Source: Anaeromyxobacter sp.
GTDB lineage: Bacteria; Myxococcota; Myxococcia; Myxococcales; Anaeromyxobacteraceae
Length of the DNA: 64,000 bases
NCBI GenBank assembly: GCA_049840735.1
Contig: JASGJN010000022.1
Coordinates: forward strand, 256,001 to 320,000
Direction of reading: 5' to 3'
Shown in pieces: positions 50,288 to 58,687 of this stretch. A program made the position numbers and the translations under genes. The notes under the pieces were generated by a model that did no database searches, was not told where the DNA came from, and was given only the letters and a program-made list of their open reading frames with translations. Each line of letters begins with the position of its first letter. Within the stretch, counting starts at the first letter, position 1.

Positions 50288-50566
50288 CTACGCGGCGCGG
50301 TCCAGCCGCTCGGGCGCCTGCGAGGTGCGCAGCGCGTGCTGCTGACCGTCCGGCGTGGTGAAGGTGTAGCCGACGACCTGGTCGCCGCGGGTCTTGCCCA
50401 TCAGGGCGAAGACGCGCTCCATCTCGCGGGCGAGCGGTCCGGGCACGCCCAGCTCGGCGAGGGTCTTCGCCTCCGTGGTGGTCGCCTGGGCAGCGTGGTT
50501 CAGCGCGCGGGACGTCATGACGATCTTGGTCTCCGTTCCGTCAGCCGCCCGCTTCATGCGAGCCAT
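50288..50566 (-). CDS. Small hypothetical protein
   Basis: Coding-like composition and GC3; AT-rich upstream region. Confidence 0.65.
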   Translation of the reverse strand: MARMKRAADGTETKIVMTSRALNHAAQATTTEAKTLAELGVPGPLAREMERVFALMGKTRGDQVVGYTFTTPDGQQHALRTSQAPERLDRAA

Positions 50567-50606
50567 GCTGACGGGAGGGAGAATGCGCCTCCGCCGTCCA
50601 TCTATC

Positions 50607-50646
50607 CAATCGATTGATTTCGAACGTATGATAACGCACGGTTATC
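50607..50646. promoter_or_regulatory. AT-rich operator-like palindromes
   Basis: CAATCGATTG (50607-50616) and GATAAC-N5-GTTATC (50630-50646). Confidence 0.5.
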
Positions 50647-50845
50647 GGCGCCCGGATGCCGCAAGCGCCTGATCACAGGCCGATCGCTGGCGCAGCCGCG
50701 CAGGGCGCTGCGGCCAGCGGGCGCGCACCGGAGCCGCCAGGCGCCTGACGGGCCGCCCCACGCCCGGGGGACCAGCCCAGGAACGCGAAGAGCCGCCACC
50801 CGGCGCGGGCGGCGGCTCTCCTGGACGGCAGCGCTGGTCGGCGAG

Positions 50846-51268
50846 CTACGGCGCTTTGATGGAGTAGACCAGCGTCTGGTCGTTGAAGGTGAAGGTGTAC
50901 TTGCCCGACTTGCCACCCGTGGTGAACGGGATGTTGGCGGCGTCCGCCTTCAGCTTGTCGCCGGCCAGGCCCCAGTTCTGCTGCGGGTTCCAGTTCCCGG
51001 TGTCGAACTTGAACTGGTAGGGCGTGCTGGCGTCGAGGTCGATCTGGCACTCCCAGGTGTCCTTGGCGACGAGCTTCATGGGCGTGATGCCCCAGTCGTT
51101 CATCGTGCCGCGGACGTTCATGCGCTTGAACTGGGAGGTGGCGTCGGCGGCGGGCGCGGCGGCCGGAGCGGGCGCGGCGGCGGTGGCGGGCTTGGCCGTC
51201 GCGGTGGCGCAGGCGGTGGTGAGGGAGGCGGCGACCAGCAGGGCGCCGAGCTTGGGCATCGCGTTCAT
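50846..51268 (-). CDS. Stand-alone putative starch-binding-domain lipoprotein
   Basis: Lipobox LTTAC, Ala/Pro linker, VRGTMNDWG..PM.LV...W...YQFKFD..W..NWG...GKYTFTFND; same pattern as two repeats in the 8311-13084 protein. Confidence 0.78.
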   Translation of the reverse strand: MNAMPKLGALLVAASLTTACATATAKPATAAAPAPAAAPAADATSQFKRMNVRGTMNDWGITPMKLVAKDTWECQIDLDASTPYQFKFDTGNWNPQQNWGLAGDKLKADAANIPFTTGGKSGKYTFTFNDQTLVYSIKAP

Positions 51269-51444
51269 GAGGGTGGCCTCGGTCGAAGAGAGGGGTTGCA
51301 CAGCGCGGGCTGGGCGGCGGCACGGTAGTCGATCCGGCGACGAACGCAACGCGCTCGAGGCGGGCGCGACGGATCTCCGCACCTGCTGCCGCAGCGCGAC
51401 AGGCGGGGCCCCCGCGACCCGCGATCCTCCGGCCCGGGTTGGCC

Positions 51445-51975
51445 TCAGGCGTCCCGGCGCCGGATCAGCGTCCGCGCGAACCCGCGCGCCTCGTCCACCA
51501 CCCAGTGCCCCTCGAACCCGCGCTTCGCGAGCAGCCCCAGCAGCGGGGCCGGCACCAGCGGCGTAAGCAGCTCGTAGACCTCGCCGGGCGGAAGCGCGTC
51601 CAGCTCCTCCAGCACCGAGGGGAGCGGATGCACCCCGCGCTCCACGTCGAACCGGGCGTCGTGGCGCGCGTGCGGGATCCGCGTGGCCCAGGCCGGCGGC
51701 GCCGCGGCGGTGATCCGCTCCGGCGCGGCGACCGGCGATCCTGGCGCGCGGAGCTCGGACGCCAGGGCCTCGAGCAGCACGGAGAGCGGCACCCGGGCGG
51801 CCAGGGCCACCTGCTGCAGCGTGGCGGCCTTCCCGAAGGTCGCGCGCAGGAGCGGGTTCTCGAGCGCGCCGAAGAACGGCGAGAGGCCGACCAGCACGCG
51901 CTCGAGCTGCGGCCACGCCTCCAGCACCGCCGCCAGCTTGGTGGCCGGCCCGACCTCGTCCCAGGAGATGGTCAC
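51445..51975 (-). CDS. DUF1858/DUF2249-like protein
   Basis: TKLAAVLEAWPQLE...F..LENPLLR.T....TLQQVA; GVHPL..V...L..L..GE...L.TP..PAPL. Confidence 0.65.
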   Translation of the reverse strand: MTISWDEVGPATKLAAVLEAWPQLERVLVGLSPFFGALENPLLRATFGKAATLQQVALAARVPLSVLLEALASELRAPGSPVAAPERITAAAPPAWATRIPHARHDARFDVERGVHPLPSVLEELDALPPGEVYELLTPLVPAPLLGLLAKRGFEGHWVVDEARGFARTLIRRRDA

Positions 51976-52345
51976 CCCCCGACTGATAATTGTGGCCGGC
52001 GCGCGCCGCCACCGCTGGGCGGAGCCGAGGGGCGGGCGTAGGCCCGGACTCCGCGTAGCGCACCATCCCGGTTCGCCCGGCCGCGTGCGGCGCGACGCGC
52101 CAAGGGCCGGGATCGGCCGAGCGCGCGACCCCTGACCGGGGGAAGGTCGGCGCATGACGCGTGGTGACGCACGGTGAAGGCGCTTCAGTTCCTTCACTGG
52201 GTGTGCCTATCGTCCCCGCCGCAACGGGGAAGCATGGTTCGGCCAGCGCCGCCGGGACCTCCAGGGCAGCAGCGCTGGCCGATGCTGTGAACGAGAGGCG
52301 GTGGTGCCGGGAAACGGGGCCCGGGACCGCCGCGCCGGGGAAACG

Positions 52346-55204
52346 ATGAAGACCAGCATGAGGAGTGGAGCGCTCGCAGCGTGCTGCGGGCTATTGGCGG
52401 TGCTTTGCCTGGCGTGCGGGACGGAGCCGGGGGCTGACCCGCAGGGCGCGAACGACGTGCAGTCCGGCGAGCCGGATCAGGCCATCGACGGCCTGCTCCC
52501 GGCGGACGGCGCCGGGTTCGGCTCGGCGCTGTCCTCGCGCACCGATCCGCGCGAGGAGAGCATCTACTTCGTCATGACGACGCGCTTCTTCGACGGGGAC
52601 ACGTCGAACAACGCGCGGACGTCGGGCGACGACCAGGCCGGCAACCCGGCCAGCGATCCGTCCTGGCGCGGCGACTTCAAGGGGCTGATCCAGAAGCTCG
52701 ACTACATCAAGGCGCTCGGGTTCACGGCCATCTGGATCACGCCGGTGGTCCAGAACAAGAGCGGCTACGACTTCCACGGCTACCACGCCTACGACTTCAA
52801 CGTGGTGGACCCGCGCCTGCTCTCCAGCGGCGTGACCTTCCAGACGCTCATCAACGAGGTCCACGCGCGCAACATGAAGCTCTACCTGGACATCGTCCTC
52901 AACCACTCCTCGAGCTGGGGCGCCAAGGGGCTGCAGGAGTCGTCGGTGGCGGACTTCAACACCCGCACCGCAGGGCTCTTCGCCACCTCGTCGTTCCACG
53001 ACGACTGGCTCAAGAACTGGGAGGACTACACCTGCCAGATCGGCTCCATCGCCGGGGACTGCCTGGACCTCAACACCGAGGACACCACCGTCCAGAACCA
53101 CCTCATCAGCGCCTACGGCAAGTTCATCGACATGGGCGTGGACGGCTTCCGGATCGACACCGTGAAGCACGTCAGCCGCGTCATGTTCAACCGCCGCTTC
53201 GTCCCGGCCTTCCGCGCCCGCGCCGGCAGCAACTTCTTCATGTTCGGCGAGGTGGCCACCCGCGTTCACGAGGTGTGGAACAAGGGGGTCGCGCCGCTCT
53301 CGACGCCCTTCTACACCTGGGCGGAGCGGACCACCTACAGCGCCAGCGACGCCACGGCGGCGCAGCAGGGCTATGACTACGAGGTGGGCCAGGGCACCGG
53401 CTCGCAGCCCACCTCGAGCAACCACTACCTGAGCGGCAACGCCTACCACGCGCCGGATCACACCAAGTGGTCGGACATGTCCGTGATCGACTTCCCGCTC
53501 CACTGGAACTTCCAGAACGCGGGCAGCGCCTGGGGCATGCGCGGCGCCGACCAGTACTACAACGACGCCACCTACAACGTGACCTACGTCGACTCGCACG
53601 ACTACGGGCCGGACATGGACACGCGCTACAACGGCGGCGCCACCGCCTGGGCGGAGAACTGGGACCTGATGTTCACCTGGCGCGGGATCCCGGTCGTCTA
53701 CTACGGCAGCGAGGTGGAGTTCCAGGCGGGCATGCCCTGTGACAAGGGGCCCACCGCGCCGCTCTCCACCACCGGCCGCGCCTACTTCGGCGACCGCGTC
53801 GCCGGCAGCGTGACGGTCAGCGACTTCGGCGCGTGGTCCAACGCCTCCGGCGCCATGGCCACCACGCTCTCCACGCCGCTGGCCAAGCACCTGACCCGGC
53901 TCAACCAGCTGCGGCGGGCCATCCCGGCGCTGCAGAAGGGCCAGTACTCGACCGACGGCGTGAGCGGCAACATCGCCTTCAAGAAGCGCTACACCAGCGG
54001 CACCGTGGACAGCATGGCCCTGGTGACCATCTCCGGGAACGCCACGTTCAGCGGCATCCCCAACGGCACCTACGTGGACGCCATCACCGGCGCGGTGGCC
54101 ACCGTCACCGGCGGCACGCTGGCCACCAGCGGCGTCTCCGGGCAGGGCAACATGCGCATCTACGTGCTGAACGGGCCGGGCAAGATCGGCGCCGACACCC
54201 AGTGGCTGGTGGGCACGGCCGGGCCCACGCCGCCGGACGCCCCCACCAGCGTCAGCGCCACCGCGGCCTCCTCCAGCCAGATCAACCTGTCCTGGGCTGC
54301 CTCCGCCGGCGCGACCTCGTACACCGTGTACCGGTCCAGCAGCAGCGCCGGCACCTTCACCAGCCTCGGGTCCACCACCGGCACGAGCTACAGCAACACC
54401 GGGCTCGCCGCCAGCTCGACCTGGTTCTACTACGTGGTGGCCACCAACTCGGCCGGCAGCTCCGGCCCGTCGCCCGAGGTCTCGGCCACCACGCTCCCCA
54501 GCGGCGGCGGCGGGGGCACGGTCACCACCACCATCCGGATCCACTACGACACCGGGTTCGGCAACTCCATGTACGTGCGCGGCAGCGTGGCCCCGCTCTC
54601 CTGGACCGTCGGGCTCGGCGCCACCTGGACCACCGGCAACGTCTGGGTCTGGACCACCACCGCCATCCCGTCCGGCACCGCCTTCGAGTACAAGGCGCTC
54701 ATCAACGACGGGTCCTGGTCGGACGGCGCCAACTACGCCGGCACCGGCGGGCAGACGCTGGACATCACGCCCACCTTCAGCGGCAACTTCTACGACACCA
54801 TGGACACCATCAGCACCAACTGGACGCCGTCCGGCGGGACCACCACCGGCAAGTGGGTGCAGGGCACGCTCAACGGCAGCGGCGTGGCCCAGTGCGTGAA
54901 CTGCTCGACGGAGGCGGTGCTGACGCTGAAGCCCGCGCTCAACAAGACCGGCACCACGGTGACGCTGGCCTTCAAGTACTCGACGACCGCGCTGACCTCG
55001 ACCGAGTACCTCAAGGTGGACGTCCTCAAGGGCACCACCTGGACCACGGTGGGCACGTACACCGGGACCATCGGCGCCACCAACAAGTCGATCAACATCA
55101 CCGCGTATGGCAGCACGGCGCTCAAGGTCCGCTTCCGCGCCAAGATGAGCGGCAGCTCGAAGAAGGTCACCGTGGACAACGTCACGGTGAGCGTGAGGAA
55201 GTGA
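52346..55204 (+). CDS. Exported GH13 alpha-amylase with FN3, CBM20-like and C-terminal beta-sandwich domains
   Basis: GDFKGL, FTAIWITPV, YHAYD, DIVLNH, DGFRIDTVKH, FGEV, YVDSHD; possible lipobox CLAC. Confidence 0.92.
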   Translation: MKTSMRSGALAACCGLLAVLCLACGTEPGADPQGANDVQSGEPDQAIDGLLPADGAGFGSALSSRTDPREESIYFVMTTRFFDGDTSNNARTSGDDQAGNPASDPSWRGDFKGLIQKLDYIKALGFTAIWITPVVQNKSGYDFHGYHAYDFNVVDPRLLSSGVTFQTLINEVHARNMKLYLDIVLNHSSSWGAKGLQESSVADFNTRTAGLFATSSFHDDWLKNWEDYTCQIGSIAGDCLDLNTEDTTVQNHLISAYGKFIDMGVDGFRIDTVKHVSRVMFNRRFVPAFRARAGSNFFMFGEVATRVHEVWNKGVAPLSTPFYTWAERTTYSASDATAAQQGYDYEVGQGTGSQPTSSNHYLSGNAYHAPDHTKWSDMSVIDFPLHWNFQNAGSAWGMRGADQYYNDATYNVTYVDSHDYGPDMDTRYNGGATAWAENWDLMFTWRGIPVVYYGSEVEFQAGMPCDKGPTAPLSTTGRAYFGDRVAGSVTVSDFGAWSNASGAMATTLSTPLAKHLTRLNQLRRAIPALQKGQYSTDGVSGNIAFKKRYTSGTVDSMALVTISGNATFSGIPNGTYVDAITGAVATVTGGTLATSGVSGQGNMRIYVLNGPGKIGADTQWLVGTAGPTPPDAPTSVSATAASSSQINLSWAASAGATSYTVYRSSSSAGTFTSLGSTTGTSYSNTGLAASSTWFYYVVATNSAGSSGPSPEVSATTLPSGGGGGTVTTTIRIHYDTGFGNSMYVRGSVAPLSWTVGLGATWTTGNVWVWTTTAIPSGTAFEYKALINDGSWSDGANYAGTGGQTLDITPTFSGNFYDTMDTISTNWTPSGGTTTGKWVQGTLNGSGVAQCVNCSTEAVLTLKPALNKTGTTVTLAFKYSTTALTSTEYLKVDVLKGTTWTTVGTYTGTIGATNKSINITAYGSTALKVRFRAKMSGSSKKVTVDNVTVSVRK

Positions 55205-55298
55205 GGTAGGCGGGCGGGGGCGGGCAACCGGCCCGCTCCCGCCGCCGCTCTGGCTCATTTCACCCCCCACGGCCCGTGGCAGGCTACACTCGCCCGCC

Positions 55299-56216
55299 GT
55301 GCGCCCCTCCTCCCTCGCGGTCTCCCGCTTCCCGTTCGTCTGGCTGGTCCTGCTCGCCGGGTGCGACGGGTGTGAACGCCTGACCCAGCGGCTCTCGCAG
55401 GCCGCGGACCCGACCGCCACCCGGACGCCCATCGAGCTGACCCTCTCGCCGGCGCCCGAGCCGGGGACCACCGTCGCGCCGGCCGTGCTGGACGCGGCGG
55501 CGGCGGCGCTGCGGCGGCGCCTCGATCGGTCGGGGGTGCGCGGCACGGTGGAGGTCCTGGGCGGCAAGCTGCGGGTGGTGGTGGCGCCCGGCTTCCCGGA
55601 GCGCTACCGCTCGAACCTCCACGGGACGCTGACCTTGCCGCTGCGGATCGGCTTCCAGGAGGTGGCGGAGGAGGCGCTGAAGCAGGCCGCGCCCTTCGTC
55701 GCCGCCCCGGCCCAGCTGAGGAGCGATGAGCTGGGCTCCTGGGTTTCGGCGCCGGATGAGGCTGGGGCGGAGGCGGCTGCGCGTGCGCTCCGCCCGCACC
55801 TGCCGCGGGGGATCTCGGCCCAGCTGCAGGCCCCCAGTGGCCCGGGCGGGCCATGGTCCGTCCTGGCGCTTCACCCGCCGGAGCTCGGCGGTGAGACCGT
55901 GCAGGACGCGCGGGTGGTTTATGACGAGCGGCCGGTGCTCGCCCTGCAGCTCGACCGCGAAGGCGCGGCCAGGCTGGACGCCCTGTCGCGGCGGCTGATC
56001 GACAGACGCCTGGCCATCACGCTCGATGGACGGGTGCTGCTCGCGCCCTTGGTGACCGGTCCCATCCCCGAGGGGCGGGTGCAGATTCCGCTCGGCGGTC
56101 GGGACGGTGCCGAGGCCGGGCTCGAGCGGGCGGAGGAGCTGGCGCTGGTGCTCAAGCTGGGGGCGCCGCTCCCAGTGGCGCTGGCGATCGACGGTGAGCA
56201 GGACCTGGAGCGCTGA
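55299..56216 (+). CDS. SecDF P1/head-domain-like exported protein without the SecDF membrane domain
   Basis: LRRRLD, V.DARV...PVL.LQLDREGA, RLAITLDGRVLLAP, ELALVLKLGAPLP; LAGC near N-terminus. Confidence 0.7.
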   Translation: MRPSSLAVSRFPFVWLVLLAGCDGCERLTQRLSQAADPTATRTPIELTLSPAPEPGTTVAPAVLDAAAAALRRRLDRSGVRGTVEVLGGKLRVVVAPGFPERYRSNLHGTLTLPLRIGFQEVAEEALKQAAPFVAAPAQLRSDELGSWVSAPDEAGAEAAARALRPHLPRGISAQLQAPSGPGGPWSVLALHPPELGGETVQDARVVYDERPVLALQLDREGAARLDALSRRLIDRRLAITLDGRVLLAPLVTGPIPEGRVQIPLGGRDGAEAGLERAEELALVLKLGAPLPVALAIDGEQDLER

Positions 56217-56339
56217 GGCGCACAACCAAATCTGGGTGGACGCCGCAACGCGGGTTGGGTGTAGGTGCCTCCGCGGCGGCGCAAGCCGTTGAATTGTCGG
56301 CCATCGCGCGCTGGCTCGGCCTTCGCAGTGACGGTGGCC

Positions 56340-56726
56340 ATGCCCAGCATGCCCGTCCTGCCCTCCGCCCCTCCGCCGGCCCCCCCGCGCAGCTCGAAGA
56401 GCGAGCTCACGCCGGCCCGCGCGGTCGTCCTCGACCGCGAGGTGGCCTACGCGCCCGGCTCCATCGTGAGCCGCACCATCGCCAAGGCGCGCGGCGGCTC
56501 GCTCACCCTCTTCGCCTTCGACGCGGGGCAGGAGCTCTCCGAGCACACCGCGCCCTTCGACGCGTTCGTGCAGGTGCTCGACGGCGCCGTCGAGCTCACC
56601 ATCGGCGGCGAGCGGGTGCTGGCCCGGGCCGGCGAGACGGTCCGCATGCCGGCCGGGATCCCGCACGCGGTCCGCGCCGTCGAGCCGTTCAAGATGCTCC
56701 TCTCGATGGTGCGGGAGGAGCGGTGA
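56340..56726 (+). CDS. Cupin-domain protein
   Basis: LFAFDAGQELSEHTAP...MPAGIPHAV. Confidence 0.88.
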   Translation: MPSMPVLPSAPPPAPPRSSKSELTPARAVVLDREVAYAPGSIVSRTIAKARGGSLTLFAFDAGQELSEHTAPFDAFVQVLDGAVELTIGGERVLARAGETVRMPAGIPHAVRAVEPFKMLLSMVREER

Positions 56727-56812
56727 GCGAGTCGTGAGCGGCCGTCGAAGGAGGCATGGCCGCCCCGAAGGGATTGCAGCCCCGCGGCCGGGCCCGCTCT
56801 AGAAAGGGCTCC

Positions 56813-57460
56813 ATGCCCCGACTCCGCGTCCGCTGCTTCTCCCTCTCCCTCGACGGCTATGGCGCCGGTCCCGACCAGGACCTGGAGAACCCGCTGGGCG
56901 TGCGCGGTCCGGAGCTGATGGAGGCGTTCTTCGCCACGCGCTGGTTCCACGAGATGCAGGGGAAGGAGGGCGGCGAGACCGGGGTGGACAATGACTTCGG
57001 CGAGGCCTCCTTCGACGGGATCGGGGCCTGGATCCTCGGCCGCAACATGTTCGGACCGGTGCGCGGCCCCTGGCCGGACGACAGCTGGAAGGGCTGGTGG
57101 GGCGACGAGCCGCCGTACCACGTGCCCACCTTCGTGCTCACCCACCACGCGCGCCCGCCGCTGGAGATGAAGGGGGGTACGGTCTTCCACTTCGTCACCG
57201 GTGGGATCCACGCCGCCCTGGAGCAGGCCAGGGCGGCCGCGGGCGACAAGGACGTGCGCCTGGGCGGCGGCGTCTCCACGGTCCGCCAGTACCTGCGCGC
57301 CCGGCTGGTGGACGACCTGCACCTGGTGCTGCGCCCGGTGCTGCTCGGCGCCGGCGAGCACCTCTGGCGCGACCTCGACCTGCGCGCGCTGGGCTACACG
57401 TGCACCAAGACCGTCCAGGGCGAGCGCGCCCTGCACGTGTTCCTGAAGAGGGAAGGGTAG
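56813..57460 (+). CDS. Dihydrofolate-reductase/RibD C-terminal family protein
   Basis: SLDGY, ILGRNMF, FVLTHH, DVRLGGG, PVLLGAG. Confidence 0.9.
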   Translation: MPRLRVRCFSLSLDGYGAGPDQDLENPLGVRGPELMEAFFATRWFHEMQGKEGGETGVDNDFGEASFDGIGAWILGRNMFGPVRGPWPDDSWKGWWGDEPPYHVPTFVLTHHARPPLEMKGGTVFHFVTGGIHAALEQARAAAGDKDVRLGGGVSTVRQYLRARLVDDLHLVLRPVLLGAGEHLWRDLDLRALGYTCTKTVQGERALHVFLKREG

Positions 57461-57480
57461 GCGGGGGCGCGCCCCGATGG

Positions 57481-58485
57481 TCAGGCGGTGAGCGCCCGGT
57501 ACCCCGCCACCAGCGCCGCTCCGGCCGCGAGGGCGCCGAGCAGCGGGCCGCGGTGCGTGCGCAGCCACAGCTCGCCGCTGCGGGCCTTCGCGCTCGCGTC
57601 GAAGCCGCCGTGCGCGCCGCGATCGCCGGGCAGCGGTTGATCCACGTCGTCGCGGCGGCCAGGGCGGACCTGCCGCGAGGTCTGCTGGGCCCGGTAGCCC
57701 ATCCGCCCCAGGTAGCGGTCGAGCAGCCCCGGGATGAACCGCTGGCCCAGGATCGCCTTGACCGTGCTCCAGCCCACCCAGAGCTCGCGGGTGGGGTGGT
57801 CCGCCGACCACAGCACGGCGCGAGCGATCACCTCCGGCTGGTAGATGGGCGGCACCGGCTGCGGGTCCCTGGGCAGCCGTGAGCGGACCACCTCGAACTG
57901 CGGCGTGTTCACGGCCGGCAGCTGCACGAGGGTGACCTTGACCTGGCTGCGGTCGTGGTGGAGCTCGCAGCGGAGCGAGTCGGTGAAGCCGCGCATGGCG
58001 GCCTTGCTGGCGCAGTAGGCGCTCTGCAGCGGGATGGACCGGTACACCAGCGCCGAGCCGATCTGGATGACGTGGCCGCGGTCGCGGGGGAGCATGTGCC
58101 TCAGCGCCGCCAGCGTCCCGTGGACGTAGCCGAGGTAGTCCACCTCGGTCACCCGCCGGTACTCCTCCGCCTGCATCTCCTTGACCGGCGAGAAGACGCT
58201 CACCATGGCGTCGTTCACCCAGACGTCGAGCCGGCCCCAGCGGCGGACCACCTCGTCCGCCGCCGCCTGGACCGCCGCCGCGTCGGCCACATCGAGCGGG
58301 AGCACCAGCGCCTCGCCGCCGGCGACCTCGATCTCCCGGGCGGCTACCTCGAGCGCCTCGCGCGTGCGGGCGATCAGCGCAACCTTCGCGCGCTGCTGGC
58401 CGAAGGCGCGCGCCACCGCCCTGCCCACGCCGGCCGAGGCCCCGGTCACCACCACCACCCGCTCCCGCCGCCGTGAGTCCCTCAT
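57481..58485 (-). CDS. Short-chain dehydrogenase/reductase
   Basis: TGASAGVG, YCASK, PAVNTP. Confidence 0.92.
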   Translation of the reverse strand: MRDSRRRERVVVVTGASAGVGRAVARAFGQQRAKVALIARTREALEVAAREIEVAGGEALVLPLDVADAAAVQAAADEVVRRWGRLDVWVNDAMVSVFSPVKEMQAEEYRRVTEVDYLGYVHGTLAALRHMLPRDRGHVIQIGSALVYRSIPLQSAYCASKAAMRGFTDSLRCELHHDRSQVKVTLVQLPAVNTPQFEVVRSRLPRDPQPVPPIYQPEVIARAVLWSADHPTRELWVGWSTVKAILGQRFIPGLLDRYLGRMGYRAQQTSRQVRPGRRDDVDQPLPGDRGAHGGFDASAKARSGELWLRTHRGPLLGALAAGAALVAGYRALTA

Positions 58486-58687
58486 GGCCACCTCCTGGTC
58501 CTCCGGTCCAAGGGTGGTGACGGCAGGGTCCGAGCGTGGACCTCGAAGCGGGCGCTGGCCCGGCGGGGTGAGGACCGGGCGACCGATCGGGCGTCGCGGG
58601 AGGAAGGCCGGCGCTCGACGCTCGGTCCGGGGCGGTGCGCCGTAGCCCCCGTGACTGTACAAGAGGACCTGCGACTGGCGGGGGCCG

